A stretch of DNA of 64,000 bases from Lama glama (Eukaryota), in NCBI GenBank assembly GCA_028534125.1, contig CM052832.1:8372001-8436000 (forward strand), given 5' to 3'. A model generated the notes under the pieces. That model searched no databases. It saw nothing but the letters and a program-made list of their open reading frames with translations, and had not been told where the DNA came from. Positions 45,641-59,529 of this stretch are shown here, piece after piece (position 1 is the first letter of the stretch; every line of letters starts with the position of its first letter). The position numbers and the translations under genes were made by a program.

Positions 45641-48600
45641 GTATCTACACAGTAACTCAGGCAGGTCGTCTGAAAAGAATGCATGAGGGGGAGCCAGGAT
45701 CCCAGCATTCACCAGGTCCCTTCACTACTTCTCAGACCCTGAATCTTATGAAAACAACCCAGAGGCCAGAACCTGCATCCATGGTCTGGTTCAGTAGGGT
45801 TCTGGGGCCCCTTGCAGTACCCATCCTTTCTGTTCATTTCCATGCTCTTTGGTACTAACTTGTTCATTTATTTGTTCATTCATTCAGCAAACATTTACCA
45901 AACTCTGATCTGGGCCTATACAGGGGGCTGAAGCTACAAAGAAAATTACAGCCTGGACCTGCCTTCAAGAAGTTCACTTTGTAGTCAACTCAACTCACTC
46001 ACTCTCCCACTCATTCATTCATTCATCACTTACTAGGCGCCTTCTCTGGGCCACACACGTACGCTGTGTTTATATCTCTTCCGGTCTTTGGACACGAAGC
46101 AATTACTCCAGGAGTCGTTTCCCAGGGGTTGTTTTGTTTCCAGTCTTTTTCTCATCCTTTTCCCCCTGTGTACCCAGCCTGTGCCCACACAAAATCACAC
46201 CAAGAAACCAAAACGGAGATCCAGGAAGAAAGCATTCTTCCCCCGTATTTCCCGTGGCTGAAGATCTTCACCAGTTCTTGGAGTCTGGAGGGCAAAGCAG
46301 CAACAACTGAGTCTCTTCCTTTCATCCATCCATCCATTCATTCATTTATTCATTCATTTAGCAAACTGCTTACAATCGTGTCTGGGCAGTACAGGGGAAA
46401 CAGAAATGAGCAACCACAGAGCACACCTTCAAGGCGTCTCCATTGAGTGAGTCAGTGGTTCCTTCTTTCCAGGAATATTTATTGAGCATCTACCTTGCAT
46501 CAAGTACCAGCCAAGGCTTTGGGAATGTGAATGAGAAAGATGAAGTCCCTACCCTCATGGAGCTTACCATCTAGACACAGAGATGGACAATGGGCAAGCC
46601 AACACAAATAGATAGGCAACTATCCATGATCAAGGCTCTAAAGAAAAGAAAACAGGGTGATATGGCAGTGACTGACGTTGTACAGCACAAGCTATCAGAA
46701 TCTGAGCAGGGCATTTGCCTTCTCTGAGATAACAATTACACCTACCTCTGCTGTGAGGAGAAAATAAGTTAATATGTGGGAAGCCTAGCACACAGTAAGC
46801 ACTGTAAGTTATCTGTTATTTTTTAACTAGATGCATAAACAGATCATCAAAACATCAGGCAGTCAGTTAGGGGATTCTGAGAGCCCTGGGAAGGAGCCCG
46901 GGGTGGGAGCCGGCTGTGGCCCAGCCAGGAAAGGAGCTGAGAACACTGAACACAGATGATGCTCTTCCTCCCTTCCCCCAGCCCTGCAGCTCACTGGCCA
47001 CCCCCAATGATGTTGTCTGTCTGAGGCACTGGAGCTGGTGAGACAGGGCAGAAGAAACACAGAGGCCTCACCTCCCTCTAGAACAAGGAAGGAGGCAGGG
47101 CTCATAGGTGTCCACTGAGAACTTCTCCAGGCACAGGGCAGGCCAGATAGTGCCTGCTTTCACTGGGCATCCCCTTCCAGGGTCCCTGATCTACAGAGTG
47201 CCCGCTGCCCAATCTGGTGATAGAGATGCTGGGGGTGATGCTCAGTTCATATGAGATTGAATGAAAGGGCAACTTCCATTCACGAGGTCCCTCCCTAGAT
47301 CCTAGGATCCGTTTCAACAGCTCTGTGGTAGACGTATCACTGCCTTCATCTTTCGGATGAGTGTGTGGGGGCTGAGGGAGAACACAGACCATTCTCGGTC
47401 ACTCAGGCAGTGGTGGTTAAAATCTGGCCTGGCCACAAAGCTGCTGCTCTTTTTATCCTCCTTGATTCTGTTTCTCCTCAACAGGGAGCAGGGAATGTGC
47501 AGGAAAGACCATGGAGAGAGGAGAGCTGGGGGACTCAAGAGGGCGGAGGGAGTGAGACAGATGTTGCTGTGCAGAATGACCAGGAACTGAGGCGAGGGCT
47601 CCAGGATTGGAGGGGGGGCATGCACGGTTACAACTAGGAAGAGAAGGAAGGGATGGAACCACAGGGAGAAAGCCCCACCCGCCCCACCCCCATCACAATA
47701 GGCACCCTGGCAAACAGGATGAGAATGGGACAAGCCCCCTCTCTCTGCACCAACACCCCCCTCCAGCATCAGCTGACCAGGCAGCCCCATTTCAAGCCTC
47801 ATGCCCACAGGGACCAGGATGTGGGCACCCAGGGATGAACAAGCCCTGACGTAGACAAGTCTGCGACCCCCGTGCCCAGCCTCCGCAGCCACAAGCCAAA
47901 TACTCCTTGTGGTTTGGGCCCCAGCCAAGCGCCCACACCCCAGCTCACGGGACCGCAACTTCCCTGTTGCATCAGGTTACTGAGCGCGTGCACACAGCTC
48001 AGAGCTTGTTACACAACTGTGGTGCGCGCACACGGCACCCCCACACTCCGGGTGGCCCGACAGTTCCACAGAGGAAACCACAGCCTTGAACGGAGGGCGC
48101 AGACCCCTCTACAAGCTCCTGGCGTAGAGAGCCAGGGGAGAGGTGGGGAGGACAGCTGGCCAGGAGCCAGGATTCTGCGGGCTCCACCACCGGCTCACTG
48201 TGAAACCCCAGTAAGTCACGTCCCCTCTCAGAGCCTGTTTCACCACCTATCAAGGAAGATGTCCTTCAACCTTCATGATCCAGATACCCACTTTCCCTCC
48301 AAGCCAACTCAGCACCCTCTGAACCACCATCAACATCCTCCTTTCCCCTAGGAATGTCTGTGAGAAAAGGAGGCAGGAATTGCGCAGGGTGGAGACTGAG
48401 GTTTGGAGGAGATGACCTCTAAAGTGGCCCTCTTCTGATGGGGCTCCCCACCCCAATAGAAGTGGGTGTGCCTTGAGGGGAACCCCATGGTCACCTCCTC
48501 CCTGAGAAGAGGGACAGTGGCCAGAGATTTTTGAGGTGACTCTGAGGACCGGGAAACAGGGAGGTAATTTTCTTCTATGCACTTTTATTTTTTCCCATTT

Positions 48601-49544
48601 CTCTATAACAAACATGTGTTACATATTACTTTGTAATAGAAAGGGGGGATGGGCTTGACGCATTAACCTCCCCCGCGGGGTTTGTCCTCCACCCAGGACT
48701 ATGCCTTAAACCAGCATTTCCCTAAGTGTATTAGGGCTGGAATCAGCATAGGAAACCTGGGCTCAACAAAGTCTGACACATTTTCTTGCCCACCGGACTG
48801 CTCTGAGCCTCCGAGATGCTAGTCTGGTCTGCGACCCTCTAAGAGGAGGAATGAGACAAAGAAACACATTTGGTCTCAGAGCTCTTTATAGGGAAGCAAC
48901 TTCAACTCGAGAGACACTTTCTAGGTACTGCGAGAACTCATGGTCCAGTGAGGCGGAAAGCCAGGCACACACCCAAGCACGAAGGGCTGACCCGGGAGGA
49001 GAGATGGCAGGCCAGGGGGGCAGAGAGGGCAGATGTCCTAGGCAGCCACCTGCAACCGCATGAGTCAAACCCCAACCCCTCTGCCCAGAGCTGACCAGAG
49101 CCCTGCATCCCATCCTGGTGATAACAGTTATGAAGGCAGGTGGTAATGTGAGAGGGCCCTTGGGTGGCCGGACTACCTCCCTGAAGTTACTTAGATCTGC
49201 AGTGACCCCTGCTGGCTCTGCCCAAAATCACCCCTCCCTTTAGTCCTCACCTTCCTGGTCTGTCTCACCCTCCTTCTCCCAGACCCCTGATCCTCCAGCA
49301 TCTTCCCACTGCTTCCAACAGCCCTCTCTGGATGCACCCTGACCACACCCTGCCACCAGGCCCCACACTCACTTCCTGATCCCTGGGGCTGGAATCTGGC
49401 TGGGCTGTGATACAGCCTGTTGGTGACTTCTGGAGCCTGAACTGGGGAGACTCCGATGGCATGAGGAAGGGGGCTCCAAAGACTGCCTGCTCCCCTCTCA
49501 AGGGCATAGGACACCCCCAAGGCCACTATAATAACAGCAAACAC

Positions 49545-49760
49545 TCACTGAGCATTCACTATCTTCTAGGAACACAGCTAAACCCTTATGTAGATTATTG
49601 CATTTAATTCTTATAAGAATTCTAGGAGGTAGGCACTATTTCTATATTAACCCAGTTTTCAGAAATGAAACTGAGACTCAGAAGTAAAAAAAGTTAGTAA
49701 ATGGCAAAGCTTGGGTTCGAATCCAGATCTCTGACTTCAGAGTCTACCAACTTACACACT
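49545..49760 (-). mobile_element. MIR SINE
   Basis: gaaactgagactcagaag...ttcgaatccagatctctgact. Confidence 0.7.
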
Positions 49761-50064
49761 AGGCTATCTTATTATTCTCACATCTGCCCATCATGGGGAC
49801 TACTTTCATGTTCCAGGGTCTGTTCAGTATCCACTGCTTTGGGAAAATGTACCTCCATGGGCCTCACCCCCTGCCCTCCAGGGATGGCCCGGGGATGCCC
49901 TCCTAGTAAACTGGGCTGTAGATTTGATTTCCATGCTCAGGACCCACACCCTCTCCTGATCATTATGTCTAGAGTTTTTTGGGGCAATAACCAAGCCCTC
50001 AATAGAAAAGGCTTGGAGAGAGATGACTTACCCCCTCCTCTCACGCCCCCATCTCCAGAAAGAG

Positions 50065-50385
50065 ACATGTGATTCAGGCTTGGCCACAGTGATTTGTTCA
50101 GGAAGGGCATATGACCCAAACCTGGCCAACAGAGCCAATTCTGGGATTTTCCTGAAGTCACTGGGAAGGAGAATGATTTTCCGCTCTGGAGTTGCTAACC
50201 GGGTGTGTGTCTGTCGGGAGCTGCCTGAGAAGGAAGCAAACACAGAGAAGCAGAGACCTGTCTCGATATTATTCGTGCTGTGCTGAAGACAGGTCCACCC
50301 CTGGACTTTTCAGTGACCATAGGTCAATAAGTTACTTCTTTGTTTTTTTTGTCTTAAGCAAGTATGAGTTGAGCTCCTTCCTTTG
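50065..50385 (+). mobile_element. Ancient LTR fragment (LTR16/MLT1 class)
   Basis: ctgcctgagaaggaagcaaacacagag...cctggacttttcagt...caataa...cttaagcaagtatgagttg. Confidence 0.55.
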
Positions 50386-50639
50386 AAAGAAATATCTGTC
50401 AGAGCCCCGCCCGACCCCACTCCACCATCCGTTAATCATAGTTAACATCTGTGTCTCCTTGCCTTTTCCTCCTATGCTTTATTTAAACATACTGGACATT
50501 TTTTTAATAAAAATTGACACCACTGGCTACTCATTGCTTCAAGATATACTCTTTTGCTTATTTTTGTGAAAACTCACTCCCTTGGTTTTCCTCTGGCCCC
50601 TCTGAATTCCTGTCCGGCTCATTTTCCTTTGCTGGCTCC

Positions 50640-51050
50640 TCTTTGTTTGCAAGTAACAGAAACCAACTCTGGCATTTATAGCCAAGGAAGAAAAAAGCAT
50701 TTATTGGAAAAATATTGAGGAAGTAGCTCAGGGAATAGACTGGGAGGCTGGAGTACCTTGTTTGGAAATGAGACATAAATTACTTGGCTGTACTTCAAAG
50801 GCCTCTTCCACACTTGTGTCAGGACTCACGAGATATCCAGTCCCAAGGGAGAGTCTGGCCAGCTGAGTCTAGCTCACATGGCCATCCCTGGACTGCCCAG
50901 CAGGTGAGAGGGAGGGTTTGATGAAACAGGTTTCTAGGGATCCTTCTAAACTCCAGAGTGGAAGAGCAGATCATCTGATTTATCACCCCATAAGATAGCA
51001 GAGAGGCAATGTCCCCAAAGGGAAATAGGGACCAGGAGGCCATAAAATGA
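50640..51050 (-). mobile_element. MaLR LTR fragment (late MLT1 class)
   Basis: ctttgtttgcaagtaacagaaaccaactctggc start motif. Confidence 0.5.
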
Positions 51051-52436
51051 GGGCAAACGTCTTCCCAGGGTTCTCAGGGTTGTGCCTTTGGCATTTCCTT
51101 TTTTCACTTTTTCCTGCTCCCTGAGCCTTCTTATTCCTTCCCGTGATGGCTACAGTTGCCACTAATATGCCTACAATTCCCAGTGTAGACCTCCAGCTCA
51201 GACATGTCCCCTGAGTCCAGATCTGTATCTCCGTGAGCCTTTCTACATGGATGGCTCACAGGCCCTTCAACCTAATTGGGCCAACATTGAACTAGTGCTG
51301 ATCACCAAACCGGCTTCTCCTTCAAGGTCTCTTATCTCAGCAAATGCAACCATCAGTCACTCCGCTGATCAGACCAGAAACTGGAACTCATTGAGTCATT
51401 CTCAATGCCCTGCCTGCCTGAAGGCCTCCATACATGCCAGTCCCTCTCTCTGGCAGTCCAGTCTTCTTCACCCCCACCTCTCACCAGCTAAGTCCTTGTG
51501 GCCACAACTTCTATCCATCACCTCTTCTTCTTTAGTAATAGAACTGCTGATCTGCAGCTAAGCCCATGGCATTCCAGAATAAAGACAAATTCCTCAGCCC
51601 AGCCGAGTTAGCCTTAGTGGGTCTCAGAATTCCAGCTCAGCACACAGGCTGTTATCTTCCTGGGAGACTCCTCCAGCAAGAGGAAGGTGGTAGTCTCTGT
51701 CCCCTTCCCACTCAGGCACTGGCCCAGGCAATCACAAGAAGGAGGGGATCCCAGGGCCAGGTGCACCCTTCCAGGGCCTGCTCTCTCCAACTCCCACTCT
51801 TGCGGCTGGCTGTAGTGCTCCAGATCATCTCTGACCTCCAGACCCCAAAGAATCCCTCTCTCCACCTTTGGTGATCCCCTAAAGGTGTGAGGACGTGCCC
51901 AAGAGATGAGGTATGGATGTAAGGCATGAGGGATGGTTTCAGGTTAAACCCCACTAGGCTGTGAGCTACTTAGGTCTAGGATGAATCTTTATCCGTCCCG
52001 TTCTTCCTATACCTGGCATAGTGTCTGGCACATAGTGGGCACTTAGTAAATGTCTACTGAGTAAATAGAAAGGCTGTCTGGGGTGTGGTTTGGTAGGGCG
52101 AGGAGGATAATTTGAGATGCTGCCCACTGAGTGCTCTGAGGGTTGGACGAGAGAGTGGGCTGGGATGGTGGTGAGAGGGTCTGCCCCATCCCCACCACTG
52201 TCATTGAGGGGGGAGGGGGCAAAGATGTGGGAAGGCCAGGGGAATCTAAGGTTGGTGGGAACCGGATCCCAGCAGACCCTCCTCCCAACCTGCCCCATCC
52301 CCACACAGGGTCTATGGGTGACAAGCACATTTGGCTCTTATCTCTCATCTCTGACAACCCTGCTCCTCTTGATAAAGCAAAATCAAAGAGGCACTGCCAG
52401 GGGGCCACACAAGAGCCGTCGAGACACACAAGGGTC

Positions 52437-52568
52437 GGGGGGAGGGTATAGCTCTAGAGGTAAAGCGCATGCTTAGAGGCACGAGGTCCTGGGTTCAATC
52501 CCCAGTCCCTCGTCTAGAAATAAGTGAACCTAATTACCTCCCCTACCAGTAAAAATAAAAATAAAAAA
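52437..52568 (+). mobile_element. tRNA-derived SINE, camelid Vic-1-like, full length
   Basis: A/B boxes, A-rich tail, perfect 16-bp TSD gagacacacaagggtc at 52421-52436 and 52569-52584. Confidence 0.92.
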
Positions 52569-54419
52569 GAGACACACAAGGGTCTTTCGAGCCATTGTCT
52601 TCCCCCCAACCCCCAGCCACTTCCAGGGATCAGGCTGATCCCAGGGAGGCCTGACAAACAGGAGTCGTTCCAAACACGTAGCTCAACTCCAGGTGTCACC
52701 TGGAAAAACCTTCAGGGAGCAGCAGGCTCAGTCTGATGACTGCCCAAGGCAGATGAGGAAACTGAAGCCAGAAAACAAGGGTTTGCCTGCAGCCACAGAG
52801 GATGCTGGGGGTGCCACTCCCAGGGCTCCTGGCTCCCGTTTCTGTTTGTGTAGGTAGAGGCGCTGGGGAAGAAGAGGGCTGCAGATTTGGGTAGGGACTC
52901 ACAACTTTAGAAGAGGAATCTACCCCCACCCCACCCTCGAGTAAAGAGGGGCACGAGATGGTCGGACTGGCCGCAAATCCCTGGCCCACTTCTCATTAGC
53001 AGGACAGCCTTGAGGAAGTATCTTAACCTATCTGCGTCTCAGTCTCCCCAGCTGTAAAGTGCAGATAGCAGTGACTGTATTAATCTTACAGTGATGGTGG
53101 GGGTGGGACTCAATCAGCTGATACATAGAAAGTGTCTGGAAAGGAGCTGATGCTTAGTAAGCACTCAATAAACACCGTCCGTCACTATTGAATCCTCATC
53201 AAAAGGTCTCCATGTGCTGCCAAATTGTTTCCTAACCCAGCAAAAGGCTTTCCCCTGAGGAGAGATTTTCAGGGGGCAAGTGGGAGGCGGCTCTGTCACA
53301 GCCACTTCCCAGGGTGGGGGAAAGCCTGGGCCCTCCCCGAGCTGTCACTGACCCCAGTCTCCAACCCTGTCTCTGGGTCTCTGTGGCCCCTCGGCCTCTC
53401 CAGTCGCCAGCCTGTCTGCCCAGCTCTCACGCCTGATGCAGAGATAAGCACATCCTGAGATAGTATTGTTTCCCACTTCCAGAAGCTCTCAAGTATGATC
53501 CTAGAGGGGTGGGATTAGCCAGGCATCTGGGCCGTCTAGGGGTTTGGAAGGATCGAGAGAGGCTGTTCCCAGAGCCGGCCAGTTCCATCCTTAAAGGCAA
53601 GTAAAGTGGCTGGGCCTGCAAAGAAGGGATGGGGGAGCAGCTGTGACCTGAGCCTCTGGAATGTTCTGCCGCCCTCCCCCACCACCATACACACACACTT
53701 GGCTTCATGTGGCAGGAGGGGCTGCCCAGCTGAGTGGAGAAATGGGATAACCCTCTCCAAGAGTCAATTCTCTCCCCAGATCAGAGCCTTCCCGTCCCTG
53801 TATCCCCTCAGGTGACTAGCCAGGTGTCTCCTGGGAATGAGAAACTCAGAGCCCATGGCAGAGAGTGCCCCAAGCACCAGAGCCAGGGAAGGGAGGCAGA
53901 GCGGAGGGGAGTCTGGAGGAATGGAGTGTCAAGACTGCTCACATCATCCTTTCTGGTAGTGTCAGCCTGGGAAGAGAGGCCTTCCTCTCCCGGGCCAAGG
54001 CGGGCCCTTCTTCCCTCTCTCCTCCCCAGTACTCCGGGTACCGCCACTCTCATGACCTCACTGCCATGGCCAGGCCAGGCAGGTGGCCAGGAGCCAGGGA
54101 CCCGCCAAAATCCGCACCCCCCTGAGACCAGCATGAGCCAGGCAGGGCTGGGATGTGTCGCTCAAATAACCTCCACCCTCCCAGCCCCACGCCTATGAAG
54201 ACAGCCTGTCCCCCTAAATGTTTACACCAGCCAGCCAGGCTCACCTCCCCTCTCAACAAGGCTGAACTTAGGGCACCCTCTACTACGGATCCCATCTGTC
54301 AGCCAGACACATCCCACTCTGACTCCTCCCCTGCTAAACTCGGCTCAGCTGTCCTTTAACAAGAAATCTCCCGAGTCCCTTTCCAGCCTCTAACCTCTCT
54401 GTTGTCTCACGTAGGGATG

Positions 54420-54690
54420 GCCATTGTGGTGGCGGCGGTGGATGGCAAACGGGGAGTGATGGAGGCGGTTACGTGGATGTGGAAGGACTCGTTGTTGCGG
54501 TCATTCTAGCAGTTTCAGGGGTGGTGATGGTGATGGTGGTAATGGTGATGGTGCTTATGGTGGTCAAGGTGGCAGTGGCGGTGACAGAGGGCTGGTAGTG
54601 ATAGTAGAGGTGGTGACATTGCCAGAGATGGTGATGACAGCATGGTGGTTGAAGCAGCGGGAATGAGGTGCTAAGGACTCCAGAAACAGT
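54420..54690. repeat. Degenerate (TGG/TGA)n low-complexity tract
   Basis: gtggtgatggtgatggtggtaatggtgatgg... Confidence 0.8.
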
Positions 54691-55141
54691 GGTGAGTAAA
54701 GAGTGTCCAGGGCAGTTAGTCACAGAAGGCCCAGAGCAATGAGGTAATGACCCCTTCCCCAGTTCCCCAATGAGGCATGATGTGTTCCCCTCCCGCACCT
54801 CTGGAGACCTTCCCTCCAACTTGATGCACGTATCATCTGGCCCCCAAACTGCTGAGGCTTCCCTTGAGAGAAGGTGGGAAGGGGCCAGGATTAGGGGACG
54901 GACGATCCAATATTGGATCCCAACTAAACACAACAAACCTAGGTCTGAATCTCTCTGTAGATGGGAATTAATTCTAACTGTCAGGGTCATGGTAAAGACT
55001 GAGAGGAGTATCTTTAAAAGAGCCTGGCACAGAATAGTAACATGATAAATAATAAATCTTTTTCATTATGTTTTCCAAAGCTTTCTTATCAAGCTCTGGC
55101 GTACCCATCCTCACCCCGACCCCTTTTGCCATATGCCACCC

Positions 55142-55582
55142 GGTATTCGTTTTCTAGAACTGCCATAACAAATCACCACAAACTTGGTGGCTTAAAAATA
55201 ACAGAAATGTATTCTCTTGCAGTTCTGGAGGCCAGAAGTCTGAAGGCAAGGTGTCAGCGGGTGGCCCTCCCTCCGAGGCTCCAGGGGAGAAGCCTTCCTT
55301 GTCTCTTCCAGTTTCCAGGGCCTCAAGGCGCTCCCTGGCCTGGGGCTCTAATCTCTGCCTCCATCTTCACACGGACCCTTACATGGTCTTCTCCCATGGG
55401 TTTCTGTATGTTCTTTTCTGCTTCTAAGAACACTCTCATTGGATTTAGGGCTCAGCCTAGTCAGCACGATCTCATCTCAATCCTTACCTTAATTACGTCT
55501 GCAAAGACTCTATTTCCAAATAAGATCACATGGTGAGATCTCAGGTGGATATAAATCGAGGGGAGAGCTATTCACACTAATA
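55142..55582 (-). mobile_element. MLT1 (MaLR) solo LTR
   Basis: ctgccataacaaatcaccacaaacttggtggcttaaaa...cagttctggaggccagaagtctgaa...ctgcaaagactctatttccaaataag. Confidence 0.85.
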
Positions 55583-56559
55583 TATGTGCGCCCTAACCTC
55601 TGAGTGCACCAAATCTAATTCCCCAACCCCCCACCACCTGGCACAGTCACGGCCCCTGTCCCTCTGTGCCTCCCCAGGCCTGCTCCCAGGCACCCATGCA
55701 CCACCCCCACCCCTAGCCTGCCAGGTCCTGTGCCCTGAGCCCAGGCTCCCTGGTGCGAGCGAGCGTGCATGCCTGTGTGCACGTGCAGACTCCCCTTTTC
55801 ACTTGGCGGTGAGAAAGGGGATTCTAGTCTTGAGTGGGAGCCCACAGGGGCCTCTCTGCTCGGAAATGCTTCTTCCTCTCCCCCTGGCAGCTGTTTGGTT
55901 TGGCGGGGGCCCAGCTGGCAGTCTCAGCAGCCAAGGAGCCCTGGGGGGTGGGGGAGGGGGAGGGAATGGTGAGGGGCAGGCAGCTCCCTCCTCTGGCCCA
56001 GGCCCTGGGAGCTGGGCCAATGGCGGGCCTCCCTGCTGGCTGGCTCCAGCCCCCTCGCTCTTGGTCCTCCTCCTCCCTACTCTCCTGTCCTCTCCATCCC
56101 ACAAAGGGGAATTCTGGAGAACCTCCATCACCCCGCCCCAGCCAAAGAGAAGACGTGCAGAAGGGGAGCAGCACTGGCAAAGCAAGAAACATACACCAGC
56201 AGAAAGGGCAGTCAGCAGGCCCTGGGGCTTTGCTCAGGGGGCTCTGGGCACTGAGGGCACCCTGGGACATCCTGGACTCCTTCCAATCTCTGGATCCCCT
56301 GTTCTGTGCTCCCCCCATGTTCCTGAAATCCCCTGTCCTTAGTGCCCCCTCTGGAGCACTTGGCTTCTCCTTTCAGGGCCCCTCTGAACCCCTAAGCTAT
56401 TGCCCATTTTTCTGAATCAGTCTCTCTTCAGATAAGCAGGACTGAAAATTATGCACCACCCCTCACCCCAACCCCAGCACCCTCAGCAGGTCCTGGGACC
56501 TTTTACTACTGATGGGAAAATAGTAAAACAAACAAAAACACAGGGAGGGGCATAGTATT

Positions 56560-56980
56560 GTAAGCCTGGGCTTTAGGATCTAATAGGCCTGGGTTTATTG
56601 TCACAGCCCTGCCACTTAAACATCTGTGTGACCCTAGACAGGTCATTTAGCCTCTTTGAGCCTCAATTTCCTCTCATAAAATGGGGGTATTCATAGCTAA
56701 CTTCCAGGTTGCAAGGATAAAATGGCACAGCTTCTGAAACAAGGTAGGTGGTAGGTGTTCTCTAAATGGTAAGAACATACTACAAGCCAAGCACTGCATT
56801 AAGTGTTTTGCATAGATTAACTCATTTAACCCTAATAATAGCTTCATGAAATAGAAACCATTGCATGGCCAGGAGAGCTGAGCTGTGTGCCTGGGGTCCC
56901 AGAGCTGATAAGTAACTGAGCTGGGGTTTGGTTCCGAGAGCTGTGAATTCCACCCCTGCTCCAAGTCACTATGCTCTGTG
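56560..56980. mobile_element. Two adjacent MIRs in opposite orientation
   Basis: + core gagcctcaatttcctctcataaaatggg (about 56660); - copy aactcatttaaccctaataatagc (about 56820). Confidence 0.65.
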
Positions 56981-59146
56981 CCTCCACAGCTGGCAGTGTA
57001 GCCAAGGTCCATAGTACTAGGATTAATATTATTAGAGAAAAAGTGTGCTTATGTAAACTTTGGAAGAAAAAGGCATCAAGAGTATGGTTTTAAACTTATT
57101 TGGACTTCATTTTTTAAATTGTTTAAAACCGTTGTTTTACTTGATTTGCTAACTTCAAAGAGACTCAGATTTGGGGCCAGCACTGAAGGGTCAGTGTTAG
57201 CGTGGCTTGTGCTGGTTGTCACGCCATAGTCTTGCTGGAGATAACCTGTGGCCCCAGAGCCTGGGCTTCACTGTCAGTCTTGAACCAAAGATGTCACCAT
57301 TCCTAGTTACTTGTCACCACAGAATTGGTGTTGATTGGAAACTCTTCCTGAAATGGAGTAGAACTGCTTGGTTGTCTCTTCCATGTAACTTAAGCACAGT
57401 AATGTAAGTAAAGTAATAGTCGAAATGTTAATTTAAAAAAGAAAGGCATAGAGAGCATCTGGGCAGTAGGGATTTCCCCAGGGGCCCCTGCAGGTGCAGC
57501 GAGGAGGTCTCCCTCGCCCTGCACACAAAGATTTGCATGCAGTTCTCCAGCCGGGATCTGCCCAGCTGCCTTGGCAGTTCTGAATTCCCGGCCGCAGGGG
57601 GCCAGCTCATCCCAGCCTCCCAGCAATGGCAGGAGATCACTGGACTGGAGACTCCCTTGGCTCTCTCCTGCCCTGGCACATCTGGAAGCAGTTAGCCTCC
57701 ATCCCCTCTCCTACCTCCCCCTCCCTACTCCAGCTGTTTTTGGTGGCTAATTCTGGGAAGGACCCCTCAGCCATGGATGTTTGCAAAGGATGGGGTGGGG
57801 GAGAGGAGTGTTGGTGGGGTGGGAGTGAGGTGGGAAGGCTGCAGAGAGTTTGCGCGTCACCCAGAAGAGCTGGTCTCCTCCTCCCCTGGCCCTGCAGACA
57901 GCCTGCCTGCCTGTGGGGTTACTAGGGGTTGAGTAATGAGAAGAGAAGAGAGAGGGAGGAGGCAGGGGAGAGCGTGGAGGGAGACCAGGGAGCAGAGATT
58001 GAATGTTTCTGCTGGAAGAGATCTGAAAAGTCATCTGATATTGTCCATCCCCCTGTTGCCAGGGGGTCACAACAACAACCACATAGAGTATGGACAGAGG
58101 GCAGCTTTTGTGGTTAAGCAGAGCTAGGTCAACAATCCATCACTGTTGGCCTGTGTGACCTTGAGCAAGGTCCCTACCCTCTCCATTACTGTGCAGTGAG
58201 AGGATGGTACCTCCCCTGCCAGAGGGTTCCGTGGTTTGGTCCACACCCAGAATCATTTGCTCCCTCCTCTCTAAGAGCTACAGGAAGCTGCACAGGATGC
58301 CTTCCCCTCGCTCCACACCCTGCCCCACTTTCCGGGGTCTCACTGTCTAGTGCCTGCATCCAGCCCACCCACCCTACAAGTGGACCTGATCTGAAAGCCA
58401 TGCCCTATGCAGATGGAGACTGACTCTCCCTCCTCTCTGCCCAGCTCAGCCCTCCTCACTTTCTAAACTTGCTGAAGACCCCCTGCTGAGGGTGGCTGCC
58501 CAAGTCTCCCTCCATCCCAAAGTAACTGTGGCCCCCAGGGAGGTTATTGAACATCTCTGAGACTCAGTTATCCTGGGGGTTAAATGCCATCACTGCTGCA
58601 AAGATGCTTTCTTATACGCTATTGCATGTCATCATCACAACAATTCTGGAAAATGTGATTTCTTAGCCACCATTTTATAGATATGGAGGGAAAGATAGAT
58701 GCTAACATTCATTAAAGACTTGCTATGCACCAAGCCATGTGCTGTGCCTGAAAGAAAAGCTGAGAAAATCCTGGGTTCTCCCTTCAGAAGACATGGGCTT
58801 TAGAAAACCAAGGACTGGTTAATATCTCCTATGGGTACTTCTGCAAAGAGGCAGTCTCCCCAGGCCACCACACAGGCTGCCGGTCACCGCCCTGGCTGGA
58901 CCACTCAGAGCACGGCTGCTCAGTCCCAAGCCAAGGAGCTGAACTGGCACCTGCAGTTAGATGGCCCTACACCCACCCTTTCCTGCTGGTCGACAAGCTC
59001 CAGTCCCCCTGGAACAATGAAATCACATCCCCCAGGCTCTGACCTCATTCTCAGCCTTTCCTCTCCCCACCTCCTATTCCACACCCCCTTAACCCATTTA
59101 ATGACTCGTCCACTGGATTGACTCCTGGCGCCAATGTGGCTACTTG

Positions 59147-59251
59147 GGTTTTCGGGGGGCTTTTTTCAGTTTTTTCTTTTTTGGGGGGGATGTTTAGGTT
59201 TATTTGTTTATTTTTAGAAGCTGTACTGGGGACTGAGCTATACCCTCCCCC
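59147..59251 (-). mobile_element. Vic-1-like SINE with large internal deletion
   Basis: T-rich tail, ttaggtttatttgtttattttt, then gtactggggactgagctataccctcccc. Confidence 0.7.
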
Positions 59252-59529
59252 TGCTCGTTATGTTTTCACAACTATTGAGTGCTTCTTTTGTGCCAGGCAC
59301 TGTGCTAAGTGCTTTATGTCTACTACCTCATTCAACACCCACAGCAACCCCCCAATGAGTATTATTATGATAATCTTGCAAATGAGGGAACCAAGCCTCA
59401 GAAACAGGGCCACCCATACACTGTGCAGACCTAGTCCATCGGAGCAGCCCGTCTGCACCTGACAGCAGCCCAGTACAGGTGTTAAAGAGCAAACTCAAGT
59501 TCACCCAGAGCAAAGGATTCTAGACCTGA

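Noticed and set aside
54469..54990. Thr/His-rich mucin-like ORF
   Set aside because: Translation of a (TGG/TGA)n low-complexity tract.
55042..55536. 164-aa ORF
   Set aside because: Lies within an MLT1 LTR.
57585..57606. CTCF-like GGCCGCAGGGGGCCAG
   Set aside because: Three mismatches in the core; not supportable without a PWM scan or ChIP.
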